A stretch of 64,000 nt of DNA from the NCBI RefSeq assembly GCF_006345805.1, contig NC_042999.1, forward strand, positions 39,308,001 through 39,372,000, written 5' to 3'. Of the stretch, positions 1 through 14,599 are shown in pieces (the stretch's first letter is position 1; each line of letters opens with the position of its first letter). Source of the DNA: Octopus sinensis (lineage: Eukaryota). The translations under genes were made by a program, and so were the position numbers. The notes under the pieces are model-generated. The model searched no databases. It was not told the origin of the DNA and saw only the letters and a list, made by a program, of their open reading frames with translations.

Positions 1-217
1 AGTTTGACCATAATCTTAAACACTATTTGGAAATTCATTTGAAGTGATTGCATTGCTTTTGGAATAGACTCAAATATTTTATGGCATTATATTCACTCCT
101 GGTCAGATCATTCGGGCGCAATATAGATGTATGAGATTTTTTTTTTCCTGATATCGCTAAATCTATTAGCAATATTTCAACAGATATTTGAACATTTATT
201 AACGCCCTTTATTGAAG

Positions 218-410
218 CAGCGACCTGGCAGAATCGTTAGCACCCCGGAAAATACAATTAGCGGCATTTCGTCCGTATTTACGTTCAAATCACATCGGCG
301 TCTACTTTTCCTTCTTACTTTTCGAGGTCGTTATATTAAAACCACTTGAGCACTCATATTGATGTAATGAATTAATCTCCCCCTCCCGTGTGCTTATAGT
401 AGAAAATATT
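218..410 (+). mobile_element. Degenerate tRNA-derived SINE (family A, MetaSINE-like)
   Basis: Head GCGACCTGGCAGAATCGTTAGCAC and decayed central 'CTTTT..CTTTTCGAGGTCG' match the better copy at 39176-39405. Confidence 0.55.
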
Positions 411-682
411 TAATGAGATCCATTATGCATTTAACAAAATATACCATATTGAATGGTATGATGAATATATACAACTGGGTGATCGAAAACGCCGACAAAA
501 TAAACTCCCTGAAGTAAGTGGCTTTCTAAGTTACAAGAAGTCTGTTGAAATAACTGAACACTTGCAATAAAAAAAAAGTGACTGGTTTGTAAGTATTGAG
601 GTTAGGCTAGCTCACATAAACTTCTATATTTTTAATGCTATATAATTTATATTTTTCTACGTTAAGGTCAATACTGATAGAC

Positions 683-880
683 ATTGGCTTCAAATTTTTG
701 ACCAAGGCCCGAAATTTCAAGGGGAGGGTATGTCAAACACTTCGCCCAGACTCCTCAAGTGGTCCTTATTTTGTATACGTCGAAAGGATGAAAGCAAATT
801 CGACCTCGGTGGCACCTGAACTCAGAATGTTGGGTGGACGAAATGCAGCAAAGCATTGCCTCAGCGTGCAAACGATTCTA
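683..880 (-). mobile_element. Degenerate SINE family A
   Basis: Plus strand GAAAGGATGAAAGCAAATTCGACCTCGGTGGCACCTGAACTCAGAA is the reverse complement of the family central domain and B-box. Confidence 0.65.
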
Positions 881-3800
881 TTAGTTCACTGCCTTGATTC
901 TGATGAATACTATGTTTCTGTGATGCGAAGCAGGCTTAGGTATGGTCAATGTAGTTATTAATTATTTCGATATCTTTTGGTTATTCCTTCGTCTTAGAGA
1001 CGTGAATAAGGAAACTGAAGTTCATTAATTGTCTAAATGAAACACTGGACACTTTCTTTTTCTCCCTTTACATCGTTGCTGTCCGCTTGTACTCATATGT
1101 GATCCCCTTATTTTCATTCACTTTGTATGTTTTCTTTTTCGCTTCAGGTTCTTGTAGTGACAACTAGCATTAAAAATATTGTTCTATCACAAAGACAGAC
1201 CAATGCCTTCAGTGGATCAAGTTGTATTTTCATGAGCACTTATTCTATTTCAGGTACACAGTTATCTATTTTTGTTGTTGCGTAACCTTAAATTTTCAAT
1301 GACGCTACGAGATGCAAAATTTAATCGCTCTTCACGTAGGCGTCTCGAAAAACATTTTAATCACCTCTTGTTGACGTAACCTTTTCCTTCACCTGTAATG
1401 TGTGTTTTGGTAAGTTGCTGACCTTTATGTTGGTAGACATCTTAGTTTTCCCTTCCATCGTTACTTATGACGTAGGAGTTATCTTGTAACGCAATTATAA
1501 TGTGCAATAATAATGTGCTTGATCAATGTAAGTAGAAACATGACTGGTTATAGTCTATATCTACCGTGAATTATTCCTCGCTATAAATATTTTTGTAAAG
1601 AAATGTAGATATATGTGTTAAAATATAGAAAACAACGTTTGCTTCAGGATTGGTTTCACAGTATTTGTAAAACTTCTGTAAGTAATATATTTCATCAATA
1701 GTTCTACTGTCGCTCCTGCCTGTCAGAATCTAGTTTCTTTGCTTACTCTTCTTGCCAATCGACTTTTATTACATTTGGAGTTTCTAGTCTTTCCACACTG
1801 GTTTTTGGTGGAATCGAAATATATTTCTTCTGTTCAAAAGATTGTTCTCACTTCCAATAAATATGCATTACTGCCGAAATAGCACATTCTTGACCTTATG
1901 CATGCAATCTTTTGCATTTGTCTTTAGTTATATCCGGCATTAACGTTTTGTTGTTGATTCCTAAAATGTTTGAGGTAAATGTTTATTTCGTTGTATAGTT
2001 TTCTCTGTGTGTTTCTTCTTCACAATCGGTTCAATGATATTAAAAACTTTTCTTCAAATGACACATTTGTTTGTATGGCAAATGTGACTGCCACGTTGAT
2101 TAATTCGTTTTGTTTTCGTGTTTGTTTTTCTGAAGAGCTTGATGTTGCATTTGTGTTAAGAAATTCTAGAATAACATATGTGTGATTTCTTTTCTTTTGG
2201 AATTATTTATATTTGTTTAATTTAGAATATTTTCTTTGGTCTAAAATACCATCTTTAGCTTCAATTCTTTGAACATATCAGACAATTGAAGCATGAAAAA
2301 TATTTACATTTAATGTTTTCTTAAATTGAGATCACTTCTTGTTAATATAAAGAGTTTAGAAATTTTACCTCATATACTGTTCAATATTCTCTTGATATCC
2401 CAATGTTTGACTCTGATGTTTTAATATTTCTTGTATTTATGCCTCTTCGAAGATGAATACCATCATTCAGGTCCACTATATTTGAAAATGTAAATCGTTA
2501 TTTTATTCAGATTTACGGTAACCTTTCACATCCTTGATTTCGATTCTAACCATTTAATTTAACTCTACGGTTTTAACATGGATTTTTTTGTCTCTTTGTT
2601 AAACGGAAAGTGTTGACTGGATTTAAGAAGTTTCTTATGCTACTGTAGTGATTCCAGTCTCATAGTTTGAATTATCAAGACAGGTGGAATCGAATATTTT
2701 ATTTTTATATCCGAGTTACGCATTGTTTTTATTTTTTGTTCACGTTTACTGTATTGTGAGAGAATGTAGTTTGAATATGTTATAAAACTGTCATAGCTAT
2801 ATGTAGTATGAAACTCTTTATTCAGCAATGTTCTTCTCATATACAATAGCCGTATACATTCAAATTGACAAAAACGTAATCAGATATTCTCACACGTTAC
2901 ACTGAATACACCATTTATAACATTCATAGGATCATCGAACATATATATGAATTTGTTTTATGTCGCCATTATTTGTTTAGTCTTTCTATGATTTTGCATA
3001 GTCCAGTAGACATAACACTAAGATTAATTAAATTGCAAGCGTATTTAAATTAAGAGATTCAATAACAGAACACATGATATAAAATGGCATATGCATAACA
3101 GAATTATAACAACGATAGTAATAATAGCAGCAAAAGAACATTCACCACAAAACATAAATATCAAAAATAATAAATAAGGAAAAAAAACAACAGTATTACT
3201 AACCGGACTATTGTGTCTAGACACGATCGCATGTACCAAATCTTTAAAATTCACATCACTCTCTAAAAAATATATTGCATTCCCCAATGTATATAAGACA
3301 CTATAAAGGACCACTGCATAGGAAGCTGTTCATAGGATAATGATTCCCTACAGAAGTGATATTGCTGAAAGTGACGCATCTGAATGAAAAGACAAGCTAA
3401 ATATTGTAAAACCCCGCTAAAAGGTACATAAACAAGAAAGTGAAAATATGAATTTCGCATGTAAAAAAAATTGAATTTGCAACGAAACAAAACAGGAGAG
3501 TCCGAAAATTACGCTATTATTGACAATTTTGAAATTTAACACCCAAAAATATTCGATATAAATTAAAACAGCAAGTATAATCCATGCACATAATTTACAA
3601 AATATATGTAAAAAAGTTGCAGTAAAAAAATGGAAAGAAAATATAACAGTGCATAGACAAACGTTGCAAACTGAAAAGTTTTTCATCGTAGTAGTTAAAA
3701 ATTCAGTTATCATTTATAAAATTACATCTTTAACAAATACCTACCAATTTCCCGGCTAATGTTTTGAAGGTGTTTAATTTCATAGAACATCATGTAAGGT

Positions 3801-5099
3801 TTATCTTAACTTAAAGTTAAGATAAACAGAATAATATAATGAAATGTTATACAAATGGCCGCAGTCAAATGACTGAAATGTCTAAAAGACTAACAATATA
3901 TTTATACACAGACCCACATACATACACACACACGCACACACAGACGCACACATACACAGTTATATATTATGAATTGAAAATCATCTGCTATGTCTTCCAT
4001 TTAAGCTGCTTACAAAACTTCAGACTTTGTGAAAAAACTACCTCCAAAAACAATCGTGTAACGATTATTGGTCAGAACTTGAGATATAGCGACAGTTGCT
4101 GTTATGGACGCTTGCCTGATCACGGCAAACATAAAGAAGTAGACGTCATTTTAAATATATGGACCAACAAGACACGGGGATCAGGGCGGTTAATCTGCTT
4201 GCTTTTAGGTACGATTATACGTAGTTGAGGACACTTTTTGGGAAGAACAAAGCCAATTTTAAAATACTGAAGAAGAACAAAAGCATAAGAGATAAAGACG
4301 AAAACAAAGCAGTTTTGAACAATGAATACAGAATTAGGCAAAGTAAAAATAAAAGATACTCGCACATATGGTATGCTAACACATTTCACTACTACAAGAA
4401 ACTGGCGAATAATCTATCTTCTGAACAAACTAACGCGTTTAAATCTAAACAGCAAAATTATATTAGAATTACATACTACAGAAATAAAATAAAATAACGA
4501 AGCTCAGTTATACCTTAGCTTGATAGACACGTGATGTAAGCACACCGAATGCTTAGGTTATGAAAATATAAACTAGTACATTTTTCATGAAGCAGAGTAA
4601 ATAAAAGCCTTATAAATAACTGGAAGACCGAATCAAATTACAGCCAAGGTCAAATCTGAAAACCAATGCATGACACACAAAACAAAAAAACAAAACAAAC
4701 AAATGTCAAGAAAATAACTGTGGAGACAAAACCAAAGAAAATATGACGAGGACAATGACGTGGTATAAGTCAATGTGATACACAAAATAATAGCGTGAGT
4801 ACGATACTTCTTAGATGAAGTCCGTTGCTGCCGACACTACTATGGATGTTGTCATACAGAATATCCAAGACCACAAGAACTTGCGTTGGTGGGACAGGCG
4901 TAGATTTCACACTATTCTGGTTAATGGAAGTCAGAGTTTTTCGGCGGTACAGACAAGTTATCAGCTGTTTATGCTATGTAGCCAGTATTACTATATTACG
5001 TATGACCTATACTCTACGCTGGAGCTCGAGACAATACGTAATGGCTGACAAACCTCACCTTTAGGGATACATGTAGGGCCTCTTATGGCCCCCTTGTAG

Positions 5100-5262
5100 A
5101 GAAGGTGATGGTTGCAGCACAGAATTAAAAAGTCAATTAGTGTCTGAAACTTGGGTGGACGGATACTAGTGTATTACATCAGCTCCAGTGCTCAACTAGA
5201 ACATAAAGACAACATGCCGCAAAGCATTTGATTGCCGTGCTACCGGCTCTGCCAGCTCGCCT
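5100..5262 (-). mobile_element. Degenerate, internally deleted SINE family A
   Basis: Minus-strand head GAGGCGAGCTGGCAGAGCCGGTAGCACG. Confidence 0.5.
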
Positions 5263-6587
5263 CGAGGCTCGCTTTTCCTCTATAATAATAGCCGATATAA
5301 ACGTCAGTTGGTTGCTTGACTGTCCAGTCACGCTTTACATCGAATTGTGAGAAACAGAGAAGGGTTAAAAAAAAAAAGACTCAGAGTCTAAGTCTAGCGT
5401 TGGGTGCTAAGTGTGCACGCGATACTTGGAGACAGGCAGCCGAGCAAATGAACACTGCTCACACAGTGTGAAAGCGTCATAGAGACAAGGGAGGAATAGG
5501 AAATTGATTATGTAAACCTTAATGAATGCGTTCGTGCTCGAGTTAGTGTGCGTGCGTGTGTGTGCGAAGTTCCATCATCAAAATAGCATACGGCGAGTAA
5601 TTTTCCCTTTCATGTTTTTGTTACTTTTTTTTAATGTTGTTTTATTTAACCTTATTTTAAGTTCATATTTTTCTTTTAAAGCTGCTCCTCAATTCATCAT
5701 TTTTATCAGCTTAAAGAAATTTTCTATGTATTGTACGTATGGAATATTACCTTCCACATTTAACCATCATTTAACGGGTAACGCTCCACTTCCTAATAAT
5801 GCCAGGTTGTCAAATAACAACTTGAAAAATGTTCTGAAATCCATCAAGTAAATGCTATCATCAAGTATTTCTAATGAAGAGAGTAACACAAATTTCAAAG
5901 TATACACATTCAAACTAGAGCAGGAATTTTAAATATCAGACAAGAGATTAACCAAACCATCCTGTACATTTCATTCAGTGTAGAAGCGTTGAATATCTAT
6001 GTAAAATTTTCGAAAAGTTACTGCCTTTCATTGGACCCATCCAACTGTCAGCTAATTCCGTAATGAAAATCACTTCCGTTCTCCGTTGACCCGGAAGGGC
6101 AGATAAATTTCATTCCCTAGTGATTATGAAGAAAGAGATTCAATAGAGTAAAAGGAAACTGGAAAACCATAAATTAGTAGGCCTCTACTTTTTTCGTGCT
6201 AGGTACTACTCACCAGTAATTTTGTCCAAAGTTGGCTAACAATGTCACTCATAGTCTGGATAAATAGTCATAAAAATTAGCTCAAATAGTTAATTTGGAA
6301 TTTCAAACGTGAGAAGATAATTTCTGTTTTAATACATGCAGCATTCATCTCTGGTGATTAGCGATGTATACTTGATAGATGTCCCCCACAATGGGATGGA
6401 TATAATTTTTATACTCTATATTTCTGTTTTCTATAACTATATTTCTCATATCTAATTGTTTTGAACACTCAATACACTTCTTCACTAAGGAGAAAAATCG
6501 GAAAATCCGATACCTCTACGTGAAATAAAGAAAATTTCGTTCATCATCATCACCACCAACACCATCATTATAATCAGTTGTTGTGCT

Positions 6588-6625
6588 TTTTCTTTTCTTC
6601 TTCTTCTTCTTCTTCTTCTTCTTCT

Positions 6626-6658
<33 letters not shown>

Positions 6659-6725
6659 ACTTCTTCTTTTTCTACTTCTTCTTCTTCTTCATCGTCGTCG
6701 TCGTCGTCGTCGTCGTATTCGTCAT
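6588..6725. repeat. Compound (TTC)n/(GTC)n microsatellite
   Basis: Directly visible; explains the poly-E/D and poly-F ORFs. Confidence 0.95.
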
Positions 6726-7160
6726 CCTTCTGATCAACAATAGTTCTTATCTTCGTCTTCATTAAACCAATTCATCATCAACGTCTCCAGTGTATTCATC
6801 AGAGACTTCATCATAATAACTACCGTTGCAATACAGAGGTATTATATTCTACGTAAAGAGGTATTATGCTCTACTAACGGAGATATTCAAATTGAAACAG
6901 ATCGATATATAGGCTATATTTTTCGATAGTTTTGTTGAAAGAGGTGAAAGTTTCAGTTATGGGTCATTTAATGAAATTTTATGAATTACACTCTACACAG
7001 AGAAACTTGCCAAAAGATTAATGATTTATGCTTGGTTGCTTGAATTACGCATTGTAATATACACTATATCTTATACATACACAAACGCACCTACATACAT
7101 ATATCTTTATATATATGCATACAATTACATGCTTATATATATGTATATATATATATATAT

Positions 7161-7220
<60 letters not shown>

Positions 7221-7702
7221 GTCTATGTAGAAGTATATCAGACAGGGTATTAAGTCTTCGATTTTATTTTCGCATGAGATACAATTACTGCAGTTCCTTT
7301 CTCCTTTCTATATTGTTATTACGATTATTGTTATTATTAATTTTCTTGTTTAGGTCTATTTGTGTTGCACTTAGTATTATTAATTCAAACGGCCACAACA
7401 GACGCACACATATATACATATCCATATATAAGTATACATAGTTATATGCATGTGTGTATATGTATATAGATGCATATATGCCTTCACATATATAAAAAAA
7501 CATCCATACACACATACAAATACACACATACACACACACACATACAAACACACACGCACACATATTACGTCTTAGGTCTGTCAAGAATATCAACCGTAGT
7601 GGAGGCCTGTTTCCGTAGTGTATAAAGAAGCAAGGCTTTATAATTCCCCTCAGAATAGGAAGCGAGTCACTTGCAATGCTATATTTCTAGTCGTTCGGGT
7701 AT

Positions 7703-7940
7703 ATATTGAGTTGTCCGAAAATTTCGTGCCGATTTATAGTAGCTTGCCTTTCGACTTATTTTAGAACGTGGTTGAGCACATAAAATAGAATTTTACTACA
7801 CTTCCATGTAGAGCACAGTTTAAGCTTTCTTTTCGTGGAAGAAGGTTTATGTTCCTATAACCTGTGTTAATTCTGTAACCCTTTAAAATGGAAGATAAGG
7901 ATGTTGATTTTTGGCCCTTCATGCTTTGGGAACCAGACAA
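7703..7940 (+). mobile_element. Mariner 5' fragment (TIR plus transposase N-terminus)
   Basis: TIR-like TATTGAGTTGTCCGAAAATTTCGTGCCGATTT; at 7888 [15 protein letters not shown] resembles a mariner N-terminus. Confidence 0.55.
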
Positions 7941-7972
7941 AATTTGCTGCAGCTCAGCTGGGATGTGTTACC

Positions 7973-8069
<97 letters not shown>

Positions 8070-8093
8070 ATATATAATATATATATATATATA

Positions 8094-8130
<37 letters not shown>

Positions 8131-9130
8131 GTGTGTGATTTTGCGCGCGCTTGTTTTCATATGTATTTCATTGCTTCGTCAGGCTTAAGTATAGAGAGAT
8201 GCTAGTTTGATAAGCGATAGTAATGCGGAATATTTATGCCATCTAACTGCTTCAGATTTAGAAGTGCTTCTCATAAAGGGAGATGTATACCATGTTATCT
8301 TATACAATACGATAATCATGAAGAGAAGTTTCATTGATTTGATTTGTACAGAACGATAAAATAGTAGCTAAAGCTGTGGCGACTGGCAGATACTCCACAT
8401 GCGGCCGAGTCTCTTCGCAAACATAATTCATTCTATAGTTCTTGTTATTGCGTAATTATAAGTTTATAGGTAAATATTGTACACTATGAGTTTATATATA
8501 AAGCTGTCTGCGAGTGTGTGTGTAGTTTATGCATATATATATATGCACACACAATCAAACACTCAGACACAGTGATTCATAAACTTAGAACACTACATAA
8601 CAAGACCCATCAAAAGGATAAGCCCAAGAAAAAAGATATAAGAACTCATAGCATGGTGGAAGCCTTAGCCACTCATAATAAATATGTGTACTGGTGGAAT
8701 GTCGCAGTGAAAACATAATACACCTGATATAATGATTTTGTATAGAGAAGTGAAATTCTGTAGAGTTGTGTAAATCAGCAGTCCAGCGGATATCCACGTA
8801 AAGTTGCAGATCATTGACATAGAGAATATCTACGCTCACCTATTTAGAAATCGGCATTTTCTCTAACCAGATTAAATTCTCTGTATATACCTGTAATTAC
8901 TACTGGTGCACTAGAATATGTAGCACACTGCATAGATGCAAATTTTGAGTAATTAGGTTTCTCAAATCCAGAAAGGAGAAAGTTGATTCGAAGACTACAG
9001 ATACACACCATCACTAGAAATGGGAAACATCTGTAAAACTAGATATTCAACTGTGCGCATGAGATTACTTTCATACATACATACATACATACATACATAC
9101 ATACATACATACACACATAGATACATACAT

Positions 9131-9198
<68 letters not shown>

Positions 9199-9348
9199 TC
9201 AATAAATGGTGGGGTTGTGTTGACCGCACGTGGAGAAATGATAAGTAAGGAAAATTTTTTTTAAAATGCAGAATGCTCAAATGAAAATTATTAAAATTTT
9301 CTTTCATTTGAGCATTCTGCATTTAAAAAAAAAATTTTCCTTACTATA

Positions 9349-9390
<42 letters not shown>

Positions 9391-9938
9391 ATATATATAT
9401 ACATATATATATATACATATACATATATGTATGTATATATATTGTATGTATATAAATGTATATATATATATGTATGTATATATATAATAAATAAATAAAA
9501 CATATGCATATATACATATATGTACGTACCTACCTCTACATGTATATATACATGCATATATGGGTACAGGACACCAAAAAAAAAAGTGGAACACAATGAG
9601 AAACGAAAACATAAACACAAAACCGAGGAAATGGGCATTTTTTTAAACAACGAAAAGATAGAGTACAGGACATACAAACAAGGAAAATTCCCCTTCTTCA
9701 GTCGCCTTAAGTACATCTACTCCACGTTTCGAAGGTCAGGCGAAGTTTTCTTATATTTGAGATGTTCCAAGTGGATATACATATATACATTTTTTGTATT
9801 TCATATACATAAATATGCTTTATATATTGAACTGTTTAATTCGCTTATCCCCACACTTAATTTATATCCGCTGAACATTAAAAATATTGAGCAATACTAG
9901 GTGTATTCTATACGGAGAATATTTAGTCCTCGTCTATG

Positions 9939-9975
<37 letters not shown>

Positions 9976-9980
<5 letters not shown>

Positions 9981-10770
9981 GGTCATCCCATAAATAACGC
10001 GGTTTTTTCAATTGCATGAACTAAATGTCGGCGGAGGATGGGATGAACTACGGAGGAGTTAGGGTTTTCTTTGTGCCCAATAAAGGAAACAACGCAACAG
10101 GAATTGCAAGGGATATTAATGCAGTATATGGGAATCGGGAAACAACCGTAAACCAGTGTCAATGTTGGTTCAAGAAATTCTGAGTCGGAAACTATAGCTC
10201 AGAAGACAAACCTCGTCCTGGAAGACTTGTATAGCTAGACGAAGACGTCCTACAAACCTTGGTAGAACAAAATCTCGTCGTAACACTGTTTAAGAACTAG
10301 TAGAGAAGCATGGAGTTGGTCATTCAACCATTCCTTAACTGCTGCGTGCCATCCGAAAAGTCAGCAAATTGGGGCAGTGTGTTCCTCGCTGACTTTCCTA
10401 GTCTAATCTTTGCTGTAATGTCTCTCATTATGAACCTTTTTAGACCGAATACTGACTGGTGACGAGAAATGGGTTCTCTATTAAAATGTCAAGCTCCGTA
10501 GACAGTGGTTAAGGAAAGGAGAAACAGTTGCACCTCTAGGCTAAAGAACGTCTCCCCCCGCGTAAAACGTTGTTATCTGTTTGGTGGTATATGAAAGGTT
10601 TTGTCCAATTTGAACTTTTTAAAACCCAAACGAGATGATAACAAAGGAGATCGACTGCGAGCAACTTGAGCGGCTTAAGTCAACACTAGAAGAAAAACAG
10701 CCATCTTTGGTTTCAAGGAAAATGGTCGGCCACAGGATAATTTCAGGATAATGGTTGGCCTCATGCAGTG
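9976..10770 (+). pseudogene. Mariner transposase relic with 5' TIR, 3'-truncated
   Basis: TIR TGTTGGGTCATCCCATAAATAACGCGG after (TA)n. Broken frames include WFKKF..GNYS.EDKPRPGR, ILTGDEKWVLY and QDNGWPHA. Confidence 0.85.
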
Positions 10771-10774
10771 ATGT

Positions 10775-11400
10775 TGGCGATTAGATATAGCAATCAGGAT
10801 GTCCTCTGGTTCAACCCGATTTTCGGTTCGAATGTTTCAACCAAGATTTTTGTTGCTTTGCACAAATGTTTTCCTAAATCAAATAGGTATCATGATATTT
10901 TTTATCGGTAAAACGTGACGGTCTGTTAAGCTAGCTCTGATAATTTAGAGCAGCTTCTGCATCGTATAAACAATAGTAAAATGCAAACATCTTTCAATAA
11001 TCCACCTGCTGGATCTAGCGAACATACTCAACGAAAAACACAATTTACGTCCAAATTGTAATGGTAGAAATAATTATAATATAGCTAACATATTAAGAAC
11101 GTCGCTAAATGGTGTCGGGACTGCTTTATATAGAAATAAATACGATAAGTGCTCATGCAGAGCAAAATCAAAATGTCCATTGATGAATCTCTGATTCGTT
11201 TAAGAATCTCTATTGTAAAAATGGCGCCAACTTTAAGACAATCAATAAGAGGTATATAATATCTTTGTATAGGAACGGAAGGGGAATAAAAGGTTGTACA
11301 GCATAACTTAGACGGCGCAAAAGCATACAATATTATTTCCTGCAGATACCGTCTTTGCTCCATGGAATTCACGCGTATTCTGTGGAGTAATGAGATCAGA
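10775..11400 (+). mobile_element. Degenerate Penelope-like fragment (RT-EN linker to GIY-YIG)
   Basis: Translates to QDVLWFNPIFGSNVSTKI..LHKCFPK and KCSCRAKSKCPLMN, matching the PLE WFNPP and CxCxxxxxCPL motifs. Confidence 0.65.
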
Positions 11401-13297
11401 AAGAAACTTTCTGAAAGACTTTCGAGAGTCTACACGCATATAAATGCAGTTTCACACAATGCAGTGGGAATATATTTTGAATACCTGTTAACATAACTTA
11501 CTTTAATTTATGTAGGACGTAAGTAGTTTACTTTATATATGTGTGTAACTTGTTGCTTCGAGAGGAGTTAGTTTTTTCTTTGTGCAGTATAGAACAAAAC
11601 GTCGTTTTTAACTGAACTGGATTAGCTTTCGCTGATATCATCTTAGCATAGTTTTGTGTAATTGTTTCATATTTAAAATCATATGAGGTTTTTTAATGAA
11701 TGATTACACATTACCCATGCAATAGCCTAACTTACTGAAGATTATATAAATGTAACATTTTGTTTCATCTGCTAAGTGGTCAATATTTATCAATCAACAC
11801 GCAAAATAACATCCAGGTCTCAGACATTCAAGCAGAGTATGAAACGATCAATTTAAATGTACTGTGCAATAAGAGACAGGCAATATATGGATGTTCAATA
11901 TTACTGCAATGGCATTGTAATTATAATCACTGAAACACTTTAATCATGGGAGAGATTGTGCTATAAATTAAGATGCATACAATGTTTTTATCACCATTTT
12001 GAACCAAAGTACATCAAGAGAGAAACATGCTGAGTCTGATACTAAAAGTAGTCTACATTATAGCTGAAAGTATCTTAACACAAAGTGGGAAAAATAAAAT
12101 ACACTCTTGGTGTCAAAAATTGCTTTGAAGCTTTATAAATTTTATAGACGCTATAATTACTAGAAAATACTGGCAACACATAAGGAAGCAATGGGATAGT
12201 TTAAAAAAGATAGAGTTTAAATAAATTTTCATTTAAAAATATGTAAACTCGGGAGAGATAAGGATATGGAACACGAAATTGTAAAACATCAATTTTAGGA
12301 AGATTAAAATCAGGCATTCAAGCTTATCTTCAGGTTATATAAATATAATGGAAAATGATACATAAAAACAAATAGATTGTGTTGTATAGGGAACTGTGAA
12401 AGAAAGGGCAGGGAAGAGATGACGGGAAAACAAAAGGTAACACATATTGAAGAACAAAATAAGAAATAGAAAAAATATACGATTTAGATAATATAAATCC
12501 CATCAGCAATTCCGAATATTTAATACGATTGTATAATATAATAATGCATCTCAATATATCTCAAAGAACACCATTAAGTGAGGCGTACTCTTATAAATGT
12601 AAAAATGAACAATCAGCCATTCTAATTACTTCCCAATCACATAAATATATACTGTATAGAATAATACTAGAATTGAAAAATCTACTGAAAGATAAAATTC
12701 AAATTTCTGAAACATTTGATTTCATTTGCCTAATTATTGAAATGAAAGAATGCCTGTATCACGTATTTTTTCATCACATGTTGAGACTACCATTAAGTAT
12801 TCAACGACCATCAAATAACCTTACAGTGCATGGCTATATCTGTATACAAATATAGATAATGCAAATAGATACGCTTGCATATGCATGTACGTATCAGGAA
12901 AGGCGTTCGTGAAATGTATACAAATCGTATGTACTTTAAAATCAGCGTTGCTAATGTAAGCGAAATAACTTACAAAAAAACCGTGGGCATAAGTAATGAA
13001 TATGTTTTGCCTCTCACTTTTGAATTTTAATGAATCATATACATATGTCTGTACGTTTGTATGTGTATGTGTGAGTGTTTATGTGTGTGTGTGCGCGTGT
13101 GTGCGTTTACATATATATGTATATACATACAGACTGACACACACACACATGCGCACTAACAAACAATAAAAAAGAACGCAGCTCTGATAAGGGACAGGGT
13201 CAATGACAAGTGAAAAGTTTGCAACACGCAACGAAAAGTTTAGAAAAAAATATATTACTATATCAGTGGAAATCAAACCGATGAGTATGCTACATAA

Positions 13298-13688
13298 TGG
13301 AATGGAAGCACTCCGTCGGTTACGACGACGAGGGTTCCGGTTGATCCGAATCAACGGAACAGCCTGCTCGTGAAATTAACGTGTAAGTGGCTGAGCACTC
13401 CGCAGACACGTGCACTCTTAACGTAATTCTGGGGGATATTCAGCGTGACACAGAGAGTGACAAGGCCGGCCCCTTGAAATACAGGTACAACAGAAACAGG
13501 AAATAAGAGTGAGAGAAAGTTGTGATGAAAGAGTACAGCAGGGATCACCACCATCCCCTGCCGGAGCCTCGTGGAGCTTTTAGGTGTTTTCGCTCAATAA
13601 ACACTCACAACGCCCGGTCTGGGAATCGAAACCACGATCCTATGACCGCGAGTCCGCTGCCCTAACCACTGGGCCATTGCGCCTCCAC
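13298..13688 (-). mobile_element. tRNA-derived SINE (family B), near full length
   Basis: Head GTGGAGGCGCAATGGCCCAGTGGTTAGGGCAGCGGAC...GGTTTCGATTCCCAG has A and B boxes, followed by about 310 bp of non-tRNA body. Confidence 0.85.
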
Positions 13689-14599
13689 GCTACATAATAG
13701 GGCACCAAAAGAGAATGACTCTTCCCAGACACAATAACATAATAAGTTTCCTGAAGACTTTCATTTTATATTTCAAAACGTATTCAGACTGTGTATATTC
13801 AAAGCAGAATAGTTAATATTATTCTTAATAATCATTTGAATAACTCTAACCTTTAACTGTATAATATATAGCAACATTGTTTAAAATATTTAACTATAGT
13901 ACTACATGATAAGACTTCCCCTGTTTCATTATCAATTGTTTGCTAGTGGGTGATTCCCTTAATCATCAGCAAACATCTTGTTTTAAGTTCTCTTTTAACA
14001 AACCACATGATATTGCTTCAAATATATCTTGATTTTTATGATTATACCAACTATGGTGTCTGTCTGCCCCTTCAACCCTACCCCTAACCGATACTGCCCT
14101 CTGTTATTTCAGCCTTAGATATACAAGGGATTTGATAAATTAGTCTATAAATTAAAAATTACCCTATAAAAAAAAAAAAAAACCAGTGACAGGCAGAATT
14201 TGAAACAATGTATATCCTTTTGAAAACTTTTTGTAACTTCTAAACTGGAGTTGGGTCAGCATGTTCTTTGTCTGTCTCCTTATCTTCTTGGAGATTTTAG
14301 GTATGATTATACTAGTATGTCCATCTGTTCTAATTTAATTAGATTATTTGTCTTTGTGCAGCTGAAGATTGCTTTGCATTTTAAATTGATGTAATGATTG
14401 CTTTGTTAGATTAAATGGAGTTGCATGAAACGACCGTACTGCATTACCTCTGGTTATCCTTGTTGCTTATTTTGATATATACATGTCCCTCTATAATTTT
14501 GTAGATACGACTTTATACTTAAAGAAGAAGATTTTTGGCGGTGACTTCGAAAATACTGCCAGTTAAACCATCGTCAAACTGAGATGACTTAGACGTTAC

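Noticed and set aside
1700-2850. Possible decayed gypsy pol on the minus strand.
   Set aside because: Only vague motif echoes with wrong spacing and many stops.
3045-3713. Hydrophobic minus-strand ORFs suggesting a membrane receptor.
   Set aside because: A T-rich strand produces F/L/I/V by composition; no family motif, and the frames are discontinuous.
5290-5560. Promoter or first exon (TCAGTT initiator-like motif, CpG-richer).
   Set aside because: A single short motif with no linked gene; not supportable.
13615-13688. tRNA gene.
   Set aside because: It continues into a SINE body with no proper acceptor stem or terminator.
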